A stretch of 64,000 nucleotides of DNA from a virus. Lineage: Duplodnaviria; Caudoviricetes. Below are positions 47,075 through 55,422 of the stretch, one piece after another (positions within the stretch are counted from its first letter, which is position 1; the number at the start of each line of letters is the position of its first letter). The stretch spans positions 1-64,000 of the IMG/VR virus record IMGVR_UViG_2706795742_000001; one strand, given 5' to 3'. The translations under genes were made by a program, and so were the position numbers. The notes beneath the pieces are model-generated. The model had not been told where the DNA came from and did not search any database. It saw only the letters and a list, made by a program, of their open reading frames with translations.

Positions 47075-48612
47075 TTCTTATTCCTCTTTTCTTTTTCCTC
47101 CAACATAGCTTGGGTAATTGCCTTCTTGAGCAGTGGATCAGTTTCAACGATTGAATCTGCAATCTTCTGTTTGACTTCTAGAATTTCGTTAACACGATCT
47201 TCCACTGAGTCCTTGACTAGATAATCAAGAACCTGAACTGGCTGAGACTTATCAGCTCCAATTCGGTGAAGCCGGTCAATTGCCTGCTGGTTGAGTGGAG
47301 GATTAAACAGCTTGTCTAGCCGCTGGCAATACCGCGCCGCGGTCATATTCAATCCGGTACCAGCGACCGAGTAGATACAAACAATAACACCCGGCTCTTC
47401 GTGGTCAGCCCATTCATTAACCACCTTAACTCGATCTTCTGCGGGAACGTCACCATTAAGGACGAACACCGGGAATGTAGCCATTTTATTGTGAATGGGA
47501 GCAAATTTACCACTGCCCATTGGCCTATTTGAGCCCTTGTTAAATGCTGCCGTGAGTCGATTAACAAACGCTTCCTGAACACCGCGATACTGAGTGAATA
47601 CCACCACTCGCTCGCCCTGTTTTACCAGGTCCACTGCGTCAAATAGTGCAGCGTCGAGCTTGTCGGAATAGTCTTCCTTATTTTCCAGGACAGTAGCGGT
47701 TGTTCCGCAAATCTGCTTAAGTCGCAAGAATTTCGTGAGCACATTGTCGATTTCATCCGGCTCATCGTTTTCGGACCGGGTGATCTGCAAATCCTCTAGA
47801 ACCTGGTCATACAGCTTCTGCTGTTTGGTATGCAGTCCGACTAGGCGCGGCGTGATCTGGACTTCCGGCAAATCAAGAACGTCTTTCTTGAGACGTCGGA
47901 TCATAATTTGAGCGAGCTTGGCATTCAAGTCTTGCTCATTTTTGACTGCCACGATTTCGCGGTTTTCATACCCGCCATAAACAGCGTAGGTATTCAGGAA
48001 TCCGTAGTAGCTTCCAAATGCCGCAGGATCGACCATGCTTGCCAGCGACCAAATATCATTCACATGATTCAGGATCGGAGAGCCGGTCAGAAAGAATCGG
48101 CGTGTGCAGGTTTCCGCAAGCGCTCGTGCCGCTTTTGTTCGCTGCGCCGAGGGATTCTTCAACATATGAGCTTCGTCAAACAGCACAATGTCGAACTGCA
48201 TACTAATAAGCTGTTCCAGGTGCGGCTTAACCTGCTCGTAGTTCATAATCAAAACTCTCGGCACGTCAAGCTGAGAGAATTGATCCAAATGCTTCTGTCG
48301 AGCGGGCGCGGGCTTATTCGGAAGAACGCTGTAAATCACGTCTCCCATGAACTTGTCGATTTCGTTTGCCCAGTTGAGTTTGAGCGTAGTCGGACAGATA
48401 ACAATCATCGAGTTGCATCGGCCCATAAAAAGGTCGATACCGAATACGGTAAGGGACTGAATTGACTTTCCAAGTCCCATTTCGTCGGCGAGAATAAAAC
48501 TCTGCATAGTTGCAGCCCGCCGAATTCCCTCGACCTGGTGCTCGTAATACTTAATATCGTCCTTAATGTAAGGCTCTAGGCTCTTACGATTAGCGAGTCC
48601 AGGTGCGGTCAT
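47071..48612 (-). CDS. SNF2-family DNA helicase
   Basis: LADEMGLGKS, FDEAHMLKN, LTGSPILN, GTGLNMTAA, QAIDRLHRIG. Confidence 0.93.
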   Translation of the reverse strand: MTAPGLANRKSLEPYIKDDIKYYEHQVEGIRRAATMQSFILADEMGLGKSIQSLTVFGIDLFMGRCNSMIVICPTTLKLNWANEIDKFMGDVIYSVLPNKPAPARQKHLDQFSQLDVPRVLIMNYEQVKPHLEQLISMQFDIVLFDEAHMLKNPSAQRTKAARALAETCTRRFFLTGSPILNHVNDIWSLASMVDPAAFGSYYGFLNTYAVYGGYENREIVAVKNEQDLNAKLAQIMIRRLKKDVLDLPEVQITPRLVGLHTKQQKLYDQVLEDLQITRSENDEPDEIDNVLTKFLRLKQICGTTATVLENKEDYSDKLDAALFDAVDLVKQGERVVVFTQYRGVQEAFVNRLTAAFNKGSNRPMGSGKFAPIHNKMATFPVFVLNGDVPAEDRVKVVNEWADHEEPGVIVCIYSVAGTGLNMTAARYCQRLDKLFNPPLNQQAIDRLHRIGADKSQPVQVLDYLVKDSVEDRVNEILEVKQKIADSIVETDPLLKKAITQAMLEEKEKRNKK

Positions 48613-48630
48613 ATTAACCGTGCTCCTTTC

Positions 48631-49002
48631 TTATTCAAATCCGAGCAGAAACTTAATCAGATAATCAGGATCGACATTCATTCCTGCGTCGTGCATTCTC
48701 TGTTCAAGTCGACCCTGATACTTGCTCGCCATGAAGGTAATTGTCTTCTTGTCGTTTGCATATGGGTTCAGCATACACAACATCAAGAAAAGGTTTGCCA
48801 TATCCCTTGGTGGCAATTCCTGCAACCAGTTATCAATCACACTGTTTAGTGCTTGATTTCGCATGTTCTCAAGCTCTTGCTTGTTGTGATTAATGCGAGC
48901 GGCCTCGTTCATCTTATTGAAGAACTCCGGGTCGCTGGGATCAATGAAAAACTGGTAATTGGGATCGTTCGGGTCACTCGGCATATTATTACCGTCGGTC
49001 AT
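48631..49002 (-). CDS. Hypothetical protein
   Basis: 123 aa in operon. Confidence 0.65.
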   Translation of the reverse strand: MTDGNNMPSDPNDPNYQFFIDPSDPEFFNKMNEAARINHNKQELENMRNQALNSVIDNWLQELPPRDMANLFLMLCMLNPYANDKKTITFMASKYQGRLEQRMHDAGMNVDPDYLIKFLLGFE

Positions 49003-49222
49003 ATTCGTGAACCTCCACTACTCGATAAACCTTGCAAGGATTGGTTGGCTGTGCAATTCCGGCGCAGGCCGAAACAATCAAGCTATTTTCCTCTTGGACC
49101 GCGGCCTTAGCTCGGCTAATATCTACATAAGCGAGTCCTCCGATAACATCAATATCAGGCTCATGCCCAGTATCAGTATCAAGTCCGGTGACATAAGCTG
49201 CAATATAAAATTCTTCTGGCAT
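48989..49222 (-). CDS. Hypothetical protein
   Basis: 77 aa in operon. Confidence 0.6.
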   Translation of the reverse strand: MPEEFYIAAYVTGLDTDTGHEPDIDVIGGLAYVDISRAKAAVQEENSLIVSACAGIAQPTNPCKVYRVVEVHEYDRR

Positions 49223-49223
49223 T

Positions 49224-49679
49224 TTAGATCAGGTCCTCATGCTTGGGGCAGTAGATGACAATTGCGGCACCGAGAAAGGTGCTTGCAGTTTCCGTGGTAA
49301 AAAGCGGTCCGTCTACGAGCACGCCCATAACCTCTTCAAGCGACGCATTTCGATCAAGTGCGCTACAGGCGTCCCGTGCGAGCGAAATGTAGTCAGTCCA
49401 GGTAACGCCTGGCTCTGTAGTAATTCCACCGTCTTCGAGAACGCTTCGGAATACCTGAGCCTTTTGGTCCGCATTCAGCATTCCGTACTGGTCGCGGACT
49501 TTCTTGGTCGTGGTGGCCGTGGTGGTTTCGACCGGCAAGACGTTGGTCTCGGGGGTTTCAGTAACCGTAACCTGACTGCTAGCGGTAGAACTATTTTCCA
49601 GAGCACTGCAAGCTGTGCCGGAGAAGATAACTGCTGCGGCAGAAATCACCGCTAGCGAAATTCGTGCTGTCTTACGCAT
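49224..49679 (-). CDS. DUF732-like lipoprotein
   Basis: Signal peptide MRKTARISLAV...SGTAC; C-terminal ARDAC..L...FLGAAIVIYCP. Confidence 0.75.
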   Translation of the reverse strand: MRKTARISLAVISAAAVIFSGTACSALENSSTASSQVTVTETPETNVLPVETTTATTTKKVRDQYGMLNADQKAQVFRSVLEDGGITTEPGVTWTDYISLARDACSALDRNASLEEVMGVLVDGPLFTTETASTFLGAAIVIYCPKHEDLI

Positions 49680-49751
49680 TTTCTTGATCCTGTCTTGAGG
49701 AATTACTGAATTACTGTGAGCTAGTGCTGTTTTGAGAAAAAAATATAAGGG

Positions 49752-49849
49752 CAATTTAATAAAGGTCGCTCGAATAATGATCCATTCTACTGCCAATGCC
49801 CAGCAAGGATTATTCGAGCCGTTACCGCATGGCGACCTTTATTAAATTG
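49752..49849. terminator. Nested long hairpin (18-bp and 10-bp perfect stems) followed by T8 on the minus strand
   Basis: CAATTTAATAAAGGTCGC/GCGACCTTTATTAAATTG and CTCGAATAAT/ATTATTCGAG. Confidence 0.6.
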
Positions 49850-49853
49850 ATCC

Positions 49854-50001
49854 AAGTAATGCGTGGGTTAGAACTGCACTCCTGGAATGCACCAGGATCG
49901 TGTACCAGCCTTTAAGATACAGCTCTCATTACCGGGAATTTGCGCCCTCGCACCGGGGAGAATGCTAATGCGTAAATCTGGGACGACCCACATTATTACT
50001 T
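49854..50001 (-). ncRNA. Candidate structured RNA motif, copy 1
   Basis: Shares TGGGTCGTCC, CCGGTAATG, TAAAGGC, AACCCAC and stem layout with copy 2. Confidence 0.5.
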
Positions 50002-50665
50002 AGAACGGCAGTCCGCTACTTGCCGGTGCCGCATTATCTGCGGCGGGCGGCGCGGGCGGGCTTGCCGGTGCGCTGGCTCCCGGCGACGGCGGCGCGGGGG
50101 GCGCATTACCGGCGGGCGGGGTCGGCGGTGCGGAAGCGGGCGGCGGCGTCGGTGCAGCGGAAGACTGCCCCATTGCCGAAATACCCGAATCATCCGACTT
50201 GGCGGAATTCGTCTGACCGGAACGAACCTGCTCAGCGGTAGGAATATCGCGCTTACGTCGAGTGTCGTCAAACAGATTGGGCTGAGCGTCAACCCACTGC
50301 TGCGCGACGGCAATTTCCTCGTCAGTAAGTGCCTCCACCGTGATATACGAATTCGTCTTCGTCTTGTTTTCCTTCATGCGAAGACGAATCGGCAGGGTCT
50401 CTCCGACGTGACCATTCAGGTTGTCCCAAATGATCTCATTCATCCACATCACATGGATAAACACTTCCTGAGTAGTCAGGTCGAGAATATCCAGGTAAAG
50501 CGCCTTACCGTCACCAGCGGGAGAATACTGCGTTCGCATGTTCTCGCGCTTGTCAACGATATTCACCAGCAGAGGGTGGGCCGCTTCTGCGACATTTGCC
50601 GCCTTAAGACGATCACCCTCGATTTGCGAAGTCGGCTCAAAGTTGCCGAGCTTTCCCATTCCCAT
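50000..50665 (-). CDS. Putative single-stranded DNA-binding protein
   Basis: GGAG RBS; Pro/Ala-rich disordered tail ending SSGLPF. Confidence 0.6.
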   Translation of the reverse strand: MGMGKLGNFEPTSQIEGDRLKAANVAEAAHPLLVNIVDKRENMRTQYSPAGDGKALYLDILDLTTQEVFIHVMWMNEIIWDNLNGHVGETLPIRLRMKENKTKTNSYITVEALTDEEIAVAQQWVDAQPNLFDDTRRKRDIPTAEQVRSGQTNSAKSDDSGISAMGQSSAAPTPPPASAPPTPPAGNAPPAPPSPGASAPASPPAPPAADNAAPASSGLPF

Positions 50666-50718
50666 TTTGTTTTCTCCTTGTTTCGATTTTCGTTGCCCTG
50701 TTGCAGCGGTTGGGGAAC

Positions 50719-50752
50719 CGCTACCGCGTGGCACTGCTAACGCTACCGCGTG
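50719..50752. repeat. 12-bp direct repeat CGCTACCGCGTG x2 with 22-bp period, plus 7-bp hairpin at 50705-50722
   Basis: Copies at 50719-50730 and 50741-50752, upstream of the SSB-like gene. Confidence 0.7.
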
Positions 50753-50820
50753 CTGCCTACGTTCGCAAGCGGGACTTGCCAGAACTTACGCGGGTTATCG
50801 GCGGTGCTGTGTGAGTGTAT

Positions 50821-51144
50821 TTATACGGAAGTCTTCGAGATTACATCGTTTTTAATTAACCTGACGACCACCTCCCTGATTTGCAACAGAATACGCAGTT
50901 GTGAGTTAAGTGAGCGCATTGACTCGAAATATCCAGTCTCTAGACTGTTGAGTCTTTCCAGATCAGAAACTGTTTCATATTTCTTGTCCATGTTTTCTCT
51001 TGCGTAATTCATGGTATTTACCACCGCAGCAATTTCGGTGTCAAGCACGTCAAGAAGAATGTACAATCTCCGAGTCTCACGCCAGCTTGCAATCTTTTTG
51101 AGGAATTTCACTCTAGACTCCGCCACTGGGTTTAAGTGCAACAA
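50821..51144 (-). CDS. Hypothetical helical protein
   Basis: 107 aa; start uncertain. Confidence 0.55.
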   Translation of the reverse strand: MLHLNPVAESRVKFLKKIASWRETRRLYILLDVLDTEIAAVVNTMNYARENMDKKYETVSDLERLNSLETGYFESMRSLNSQLRILLQIREVVVRLIKNDVISKTSV

Positions 51145-52012
51145 ATCCGGAAGACTTGCTGCCTGACATATTTGGAATGTTCTTCTCGTCCTTGAACTCG
51201 CTAGAAATTTTACGGGACCAATAGGTCATGTAAATCTTTCGACGGTCAAGATCGCCGTTGAATTTCGCATTCCTAGAGGAAGAAAACTCTGGCCTGGAAA
51301 ATCTGGTATCGTTTTTCTGAACCATTCCCAACTTAATAGCCATAGGCCGGTAAAACAGCACTCGCTGCTTGGCATTATGTGAAAAGAACTTCTTGAACGA
51401 GGTAATGCCACTTTGGGTTAAATCCAAAATAGCTGGCACTTCATCCATGTTGTAGTCTTTTTCAACATAGTCAAGCGGAATGATAGGAATATACCAGTGA
51501 GGCTGACACAAAGGTCCGTGCTTTCCGTCCTGAGACCACTTAGTAAATGGACAGGTTTCGCACAGTGCTTTACTTTTGTCGTTCTCTAGGTATTTTCCAA
51601 GACCAACGTCAAACTGGGTATGAGGAAAGTCATTCAGAGGATGACCAATGTCACCGTCCAAAGAAATGCACTGCTTGCCTTTCATGGCAATTTTACCGCA
51701 GTCGGCAGCAAACGCAGAGTCGTTAAACTTGGGCCACATTTGTCGAGTCCGAATTACCGTGAGTCCATAGACGTGAAGCTCTCGCATGGCAGTTTTTCCG
51801 GCGACTTTCAGGAATTGCGATTCCGGTCCCGACGACGAAACAAAACGACCGTGCTTATGGTCAATGTAAATCCGTTCGTACCCATAGAGGGACCGGCCAT
51901 AATTTCCGCTAGTCTTCGGCTTGAATGCTGCGTTGAATTGGGGGAAAGTTTGGCTCGACAATTGGGATGTATTCACCATCAGTTCCTCCAAATCTTCCGA
52001 ACTTCTTTTCAT
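51113..52012 (-). CDS. Hypothetical Cys-containing protein (C.S.DG...CxxCP...W..G...C)
   Basis: 299 aa in replication/recombination region. Confidence 0.65.
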   Translation of the reverse strand: MKRSSEDLEELMVNTSQLSSQTFPQFNAAFKPKTSGNYGRSLYGYERIYIDHKHGRFVSSSGPESQFLKVAGKTAMRELHVYGLTVIRTRQMWPKFNDSAFAADCGKIAMKGKQCISLDGDIGHPLNDFPHTQFDVGLGKYLENDKSKALCETCPFTKWSQDGKHGPLCQPHWYIPIIPLDYVEKDYNMDEVPAILDLTQSGITSFKKFFSHNAKQRVLFYRPMAIKLGMVQKNDTRFSRPEFSSSRNAKFNGDLDRRKIYMTYWSRKISSEFKDEKNIPNMSGSKSSGFVALKPSGGV

Positions 52013-52433
52013 TGACTCTTTTCCTCTTCTCTCGCCTGTAAAGCTCTGGCAATCCCATAGAGAATGCTCCCGGCAAAAAGTGAGAGAATCGCTTTGGCTT
52101 TATCTCACTCTTGGCAAATCCAATTCGCTCCCATCTATCTAAAATTCCCCATACCGCACCAGAACTACACGACTTACTATCAATTCTAGTTACTTGCTTG
52201 GCAATATTCTCCGCCGTAGGAGTCCAGTCCTTCATATGGTTTACAAACCAGTCCTTAACCACATGCTCGACAATAAGTTCGAGTTCACCGCGAGCGCGCC
52301 TATCAGAACCAGTATCTTGCAATTCTGGAATCTCTGGAACAAACAAACCATTCCAAGGCTCAGCAAGCGTCGGCATGTTGTTCTTATCGTACTTGTATTG
52401 TGGATCGGGCTTTCTAGCCATTTTTCTCACCAT
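51909..52433 (-). CDS. Hypothetical protein, possible winged helix
   Basis: PTAENIAK...SSGAVWGILDRWERIGF pattern. Confidence 0.55.
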   Translation of the reverse strand: MVRKMARKPDPQYKYDKNNMPTLAEPWNGLFVPEIPELQDTGSDRRARGELELIVEHVVKDWFVNHMKDWTPTAENIAKQVTRIDSKSCSSGAVWGILDRWERIGFAKSEIKPKRFSHFLPGAFSMGLPELYRREKRKRVNEKKFGRFGGTDGEYIPIVEPNFPPIQRSIQAED

Positions 52434-52740
52434 TCCAAAATACTAGACGACGGATATAGTTCATGGTTTCTGGATCGTTCTTGCTTTCGAGTGCTTCAAG
52501 AACTGAGTTCACATGCATATCGCATAAACCCATATACAGTGGCGCGCTAAATGCCCTGTTCTGATTCAGGTAAACGAACTTCTTCGGATTCTTGCAGTAC
52601 AGCCCCTTTATTGTCTTATGGTCGCATTTTCCGTGAACAATAATCGACTTGTTCACAGCCATAATCTGAGGATGACTAGCAATCACTTGGCTATGATTTC
52701 TAAACTTTAGACCTTTGATAGCCCTAGCAAATACTCTCAC
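52414..52740 (-). CDS. Hypothetical protein
   Basis: 108 aa, 4-bp overlap. Confidence 0.6.
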   Translation of the reverse strand: MRVFARAIKGLKFRNHSQVIASHPQIMAVNKSIIVHGKCDHKTIKGLYCKNPKKFVYLNQNRAFSAPLYMGLCDMHVNSVLEALESKNDPETMNYIRRLVFWNGEKNG

Positions 52741-53021
52741 TTTAGCTCCTTGCCGAATAGTTGATAACTGAAATCTGGACCGAATTCAACTCGTCCGAGA
52801 TAAATTTCTGCAATGTAAATCCTGTCACCGGGGTTCAGCTTAAGCCTCTTGTGCTTAACTTCCTCTAGCTGATTCTGAAATGCCTGTTCACAGAATTCTT
52901 CGTCTCCGAACGCAAGAATCTTTGATTCGCCAGTGATTACATTCTCTGCAATTACTCGGTGAGTATTCCGTCCGATTCTGTTTATTCCCTGTTCTGCAAG
53001 TTTTGGTGCAACCTTCGGCAT
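52737..53021 (-). CDS. Hypothetical protein
   Basis: 94 aa, abuts upstream stop. Confidence 0.6.
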   Translation of the reverse strand: MPKVAPKLAEQGINRIGRNTHRVIAENVITGESKILAFGDEEFCEQAFQNQLEEVKHKRLKLNPGDRIYIAEIYLGRVEFGPDFSYQLFGKELK

Positions 53022-53318
53022 TTAATTCACCACCGGAATTACCTGAGTGACTGTATTGGTTATCTCGTCCGGCTGTCGCGGGCATGGCGGCATACCGAAT
53101 GTGTAATACGGTTTACCGGCCAGCTTTGCGGTGAACTTCATAAGTTCCTCCATGCGCTCCTGGAACTTGGACTTGATATTCTTCGCCAGTCCACAGCGAA
53201 CGCAAGCAAGAATTCCGTGGTCAGTGTCGAGCAGAATTGCTGTAGTGAAATCACAGCAATTACGGCAGTAGCTGTGGCCCACTTTTGCCGAATGAATTTC
53301 GTTCCAGTGCTTAGCCAT
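53022..53318 (-). CDS. Zinc-ribbon protein (CxxC...CxxC)
   Basis: YCRNCC...ACVRCG; start reassigned to MAKHWNE. Confidence 0.6.
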   Translation of the reverse strand: MAKHWNEIHSAKVGHSYCRNCCDFTTAILLDTDHGILACVRCGLAKNIKSKFQERMEELMKFTAKLAGKPYYTFGMPPCPRQPDEITNTVTQVIPVVN

Positions 53319-53652
53319 TAATTTCCTGCTCTTCCTGAATGATGTTCTCTGGATTGTCTTCGAGTCTGCCCGACCACAAGTGATGATCCATATTCTTCTT
53401 TGCCCTACTGAGAACTCGGTCATTAAGGTCTAGCTCTCGCTCTAGGTGTCGTGAGCACCAATAGAATTGCTTGCCGCTTTCAGTGACATACCGAAATGCT
53501 GATCGGTTTCCACACTGGTCAATTCCACCGGCATTTGTCCTGTACTCGCATTGCGGAAGTCTCGGACCCCTAACCTTGCTTACCCACGGATGGGAGCTTA
53601 GGTATTCGTCCCTTGACGAGATATTCAGGCTCTTGTTGAATTTGTCAGCCAT
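53311..53652 (-). CDS. Hypothetical protein with C..C..CxxH motif
   Basis: 113 aa, abuts recombinase stop. Confidence 0.6.
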   Translation of the reverse strand: MADKFNKSLNISSRDEYLSSHPWVSKVRGPRLPQCEYRTNAGGIDQCGNRSAFRYVTESGKQFYWCSRHLERELDLNDRVLSRAKKNMDHHLWSGRLEDNPENIIQEEQEING

Positions 53653-54450
53653 TTAGAAATTCACCGCCTCGTGCGCCGCAGCGGTATTAACGCCAATGTA
53701 TTCCTGAGTCTGACTCGGAGAAGCATGGCCGAGGGTTCGCTGAACCAAGATAATATCCTTGGTCTTTTCGTAAAGCTCGGTGGCGAATGTTGCGCGCAGA
53801 TCGTGCGAGGCAATGTTTTTGCCGTCGGGATGGTACACGTTGCAAAGATTGAATTGTCCGGTAATCAGATTCCGGGCCTGACGATCGGAAATATGAACGA
53901 ACTTGGCTCGATCATTCGTCGGCATGTTTTCGATAAGCACGGCGGCAAGCTCTGCACTCACCGGGATATTGCGCGTCTTTCCGCCCTTGCCGGTGATAAC
54001 AAGCTCATTTGTGCGCCGGTCCCAATCGCACGGCGCGACGCTCAGGGACTCGCTCACCCGCGTACCGGCCAGCGCGCCGAGCGCGATCAGTACCCGCGTG
54101 CGCGGGTCCGCAGTGCCCGCCAGAACGCCGCGTACCGTGCGAATTCCTCCCGGTACGGGGTGAGGTCGGGGAGCGCCGACGCGCGGCAGACGGTAGCCGT
54201 CCAGCGCCGTCGCGGCGTCGTGGTCGGCGCGGTAGCCGGACCAGCTTTTGAGAGCGGCGGCACGGGATTTCATTACCGACGGGCTTGCGCCAGACTTCTT
54301 GGAATCCATGATGTATTCCAGCGGGTCGGTGAAATTGGAATTCAGGAACGCGCGAATATTCCGCGAGTAAACCTTAATCGTATTCGTGCTCTTTCCCTGC
54401 CGTGCAAGATGATTCTCGAACTGATCCAGAATGGCTACCGTGTTCTGCAT
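53653..54450 (-). CDS. Tyrosine recombinase (XerC/D-like, no arm-binding domain)
   Basis: AGTRVSE, GKGGKTR, HDLRATFAT, LGHAS...TQEY catalytic set; 265 aa. Confidence 0.92.
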   Translation of the reverse strand: MQNTVAILDQFENHLARQGKSTNTIKVYSRNIRAFLNSNFTDPLEYIMDSKKSGASPSVMKSRAAALKSWSGYRADHDAATALDGYRLPRVGAPRPHPVPGGIRTVRGVLAGTADPRTRVLIALGALAGTRVSESLSVAPCDWDRRTNELVITGKGGKTRNIPVSAELAAVLIENMPTNDRAKFVHISDRQARNLITGQFNLCNVYHPDGKNIASHDLRATFATELYEKTKDIILVQRTLGHASPSQTQEYIGVNTAAAHEAVNF

Positions 54451-54462
54451 TTCTTTTCCTGT

Positions 54463-54479
54463 CTGTGAGTTAGTGCTGT
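54463..54479 (-). promoter_or_regulatory. 17-bp leader motif CTGTGAGYTAGTGCTGT (second copy at 49714-49730)
   Basis: 16/17 identical copies, each just upstream of a minus-strand RBS. Confidence 0.55.
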
Positions 54480-54480
54480 A

Positions 54481-54578
54481 CTTAAGGTGGGTTGGGATTA
54501 TGCTCTAGCCATTCCTGACTAGCGTTCACTCTGCCTTTACGCTCATCCCCATTACCGGCAGGACGACCCATTCTTAAG
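54481..54578 (-). ncRNA. Candidate structured RNA motif, copy 2
   Basis: P1 closed by CTTAAG..GGG/CCC..CTTAAG, CUGCC/GGCAG and CUAGUC/GGCUAG stems; conserved blocks shared with copy 1. Confidence 0.5.
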
Positions 54579-54586
54579 ATTTTGTT

Positions 54587-54967
54587 TTACTTCTCGAACT
54601 CCACCCGAACGGGTGTATGGTCATCGGGAATATCGTCCGGGTTTTCGTCCCCCATGACCAGGATTACCGGCTTATCCTCCGGTAGCGCGTCCATCATCGA
54701 ACGGATACCTTCTGCCTTTTTCTCGTCCGTGAAGTTCTGTGGACCGATTTCCCAGTCTTCCTTTTCTCGGTCCATCATTTCGCTCATGATTTCCATGAAC
54801 TCCGGTGTGCTCTTTTCCTTGAGAGCATTTGCCATGCTCTCTTGGCCGAATTCGTGAGTCCAGATTGGACGCTCCATGATTTCCTCCGCGTACCTGTGGA
54901 ATACGTCGAAGTCACAGAGCATGTATCCGGTAAACGCGGAAAGTACCGCGCCTTCGCGTCGTTTCAC
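54587..54967 (-). CDS. Hypothetical protein
   Basis: 126 aa, GTGA overlap. Confidence 0.7.
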   Translation of the reverse strand: MKRREGAVLSAFTGYMLCDFDVFHRYAEEIMERPIWTHEFGQESMANALKEKSTPEFMEIMSEMMDREKEDWEIGPQNFTDEKKAEGIRSMMDALPEDKPVILVMGDENPDDIPDDHTPVRVEFEK

Positions 54968-55293
54968 TTTTCGTTCTCCTGTCGGTATTTTGCGAGTTCC
55001 CGGCGATCCTTTTCCATTCGCCTGGAAATGTCCCGCATGTGAGTAAGCCGTTCGTTTTCTCGGGGCGTGAGTTCTCCCAGCTCGTTGTACTGAACCAAAT
55101 CCTTGTCGCCGATGTAGAACATGCCGGGATTTTCGGCGTCATCCAAGTGATCGAGGTAATCGTTCAATGCGGCGTGCAGGAACTTTCGATCTTCACGGGA
55201 AACCTTGTGATTCTTGAGGTTCACGCAAATGTCGCTGTGAGCCTGCTCGTACTGGATTTCCGCGCAAACGTGAGTGTTCTTGTCGTCGCTCAT
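54964..55293 (-). CDS. Hypothetical protein
   Basis: 109 aa, RBS. Confidence 0.7.
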   Translation of the reverse strand: MSDDKNTHVCAEIQYEQAHSDICVNLKNHKVSREDRKFLHAALNDYLDHLDDAENPGMFYIGDKDLVQYNELGELTPRENERLTHMRDISRRMEKDRRELAKYRQENEK

Positions 55294-55422
55294 TGATAAA
55301 TCCCTGTCTCTTGATTTTGCTCAGTCTTGCCTGTCTGGCCGTCCTCCATGCCAGTCCCTAAAGGCTAGCATGATTCCCCTTTAACTCGCAACAGTCCCCG
55401 CGAACTCGCGCGTTCGTGCAGG

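Noticed and set aside
49787-49802. ACTGCCAATGCC resembling a twister ribozyme segment
   Set aside because: P4, the pseudoknot strands and the UAA cleavage loop are missing
49854-54578. Fluoride riboswitch or HDV-like ribozyme identity for the repeated RNA motif
   Set aside because: GGUAAUGR matches the fluoride 5' end but AACCGC and GCUGAUG are absent; HDV nested-pseudoknot order could not be built
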